Of a stretch of 64,000 bases of DNA, positions 63,070-64,000 are shown piece by piece (within the stretch, counting starts at the first letter, position 1; each line of letters starts with the position of its first letter). Under the pieces are notes generated by a model. That model did no database searches, was not told the origin of the DNA, and saw only the letters and a program-made list of their open reading frames with translations. The position numbers and the translations under genes are program-made. Origin of the DNA: Flavobacteriales bacterium (lineage in GTDB: Bacteria; Bacteroidota; Bacteroidia; Flavobacteriales; TMED113); contig PKDT01000006.1 in assembly GCA_002863085.1 (NCBI GenBank), positions 14,595-78,594 on the forward strand. The letters are read 5' to 3'.

Positions 63070-64000
63070 AATTGACTTTCATTACTTACATACAGAAAAT
63101 ACATGGATATCAATCCACCAATGATTACCATTAAGGTTTGTGAAGTGTGTACCGTCAAAGCATAAAAAGTTGAAATTTCGTTTCCTATGCTTAATACGCT
63201 CATTGATTTAATAACTAAAAAATGATACGAACCTATGCCTGACGGTGTAGGGACAATCATTCCCAAACCACCAGCTACCATTACAAATAGACCATTTTGA
63301 AATGATAAGGTTTTTAATTCTTCAAAACAAAAAAAACAGAGGTATGTCATTAAAAAATAACAAAGCCAAATTAAAAAGGTGTAGAAAATAAAAATTAACT
63401 TATTTCTAAGTAGATTAAATGACATAAACCCGTCTTTTATACCATTGTAAAATGATGTAATTTTTTTAGAAAAAGCCTCATTCAAAAAAAAAGATTTTTT
63501 TAAAATTAAAATGAAAATTATTGCCAAAGACGCTAATGAAATTATTAGAGTCCACGGGATTTTAAAAAAATTTGAAAACGAAATAAATTGTTCAAAGTTT
63601 AAAAAAAGAACTAAAATCAAACACAAACACAAAACCAAAATGTCTATTAGTCTCTCCAAAATAACATGGCCGATTAAAGAAGAAATTGGTATGTTATTAG
63701 ACTTACTTAGTGTTGAGCATCTGACAATTTCACCACTTCTTGGTATTATTGAGTTAAAAAGATACCCAAAAACTACAGAGTGCAATAATTTAGAGACTCT
63801 TACATTGTATCCTGAAGGTTCAATCATTAGCTTCCATCTCAATGCCCTTAATATGAAAGCGAAGTATCCAAGAAAAACTGAAAATAACAACCACTTTATT
63901 TTAATTGCTTTGATTGTTTCAAAAAACCTTACAAATTCAATGTTTCTTACTGACAGCCAAAAAAGTGAAATTCCAACAATAAAAAATATAGTTACAGTAA
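63066..64000 (-). CDS. Lysylphosphatidylglycerol-synthase-TM-like / UPF0104 flippase-like membrane protein; 5' end lies outside the window
   Basis: The motif LRALRWKLMIEP is present in a multi-TM protein. I translated the minus strand upstream of the listed TTG at 63890. The frame stays open to the window edge (TVTIFFIVGISLFWLSVRNIEFVRFFETIKAIKIKW-), so the gene is truncated. Confidence 0.55.
   Translation of the reverse strand, partial: TVTIFFIVGISLFWLSVRNIEFVRFFETIKAIKIKWLLFSVFLGYFAFILRALRWKLMIEPSGYNVRVSKLLHSVVFGYLFNSIIPRSGEIVRCSTLSKSNNIPISSLIGHVILERLIDILVLCLCLILVLFLNFEQFISFSNFFKIPWTLIISLASLAIIFILILKKSFFLNEAFSKKITSFYNGIKDGFMSFNLLRNKLIFIFYTFLIWLCYFLMTYLCFFCFEELKTLSFQNGLFVMVAGGLGMIVPTPSGIGSYHFLVIKSMSVLSIGNEISTFYALTVHTSQTLMVIIGGLISMYFLYVSNESQL

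Noticed and set aside
1-64000. A search for CRISPR arrays, transposases, integrases, toxin-antitoxin pairs, restriction-modification systems or other defence systems, rRNA genes and long direct or inverted repeats.
   Set aside because: No ORF translation shows the relevant motifs. No intergenic space is large enough to hold an array. Apart from the diverged M43 paralogs I noticed no repeated nucleotide blocks. This is limited by eye-scanning, and a self-dot-plot would be the decisive check.

Overview
The window is an AT-rich, very gene-dense chromosomal segment. I call 62 protein genes and 3 tRNAs. Summing the gaps between my calls gives only about 1.4 kb (about 2 %) outside protein-coding sequence. 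Three things point to a streamlined Flavobacteriia-type (Bacteroidota) genome. First, several proteins carry T9SS C-terminal sorting domains. Second, perfect Bacteroidetes -7 promoter boxes (TAnnTTTG) sit 16-44 nt upstream of six gene or tRNA starts; a seventh lies 124 nt upstream of its gene. Third, the flavobacterial syntenies CBS-nadK-OMP-uppS-bamA-skp-skp-murI, mreBCD-mrdA-rodA and coaX-OMP-TPR-lptC-CNNM-ppiD are present. Most of the window is housekeeping: translation, envelope biogenesis, purine, pyrimidine and cofactor synthesis, and a crtI-crtB-orf-crtZ carotenoid operon. I found no CRISPR array, transposase, integrase, rRNA or recognisable defence system. Two regions look accessory. 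(1) 15.3-21.3 kb is a tight three-gene operon: a free-standing lamin-tail-domain (LTD) surface protein, a TonB-dependent transporter, and a multidomain endonuclease I. I read it as a candidate PUL-like locus for capturing, cleaving and importing extracellular DNA, and it is the best candidate here for an undescribed system. (2) 50.1-61.7 kb holds a methyltransferase/TonB-dependent receptor/DUF4249 operon followed by three tandem diverged M43 metalloprotease paralogs. Both window edges cut genes: the first ORF is open from base 3 and the last is open to base 64000. All functional calls come from reading the supplied translations for motifs and from synteny. No database search was run.
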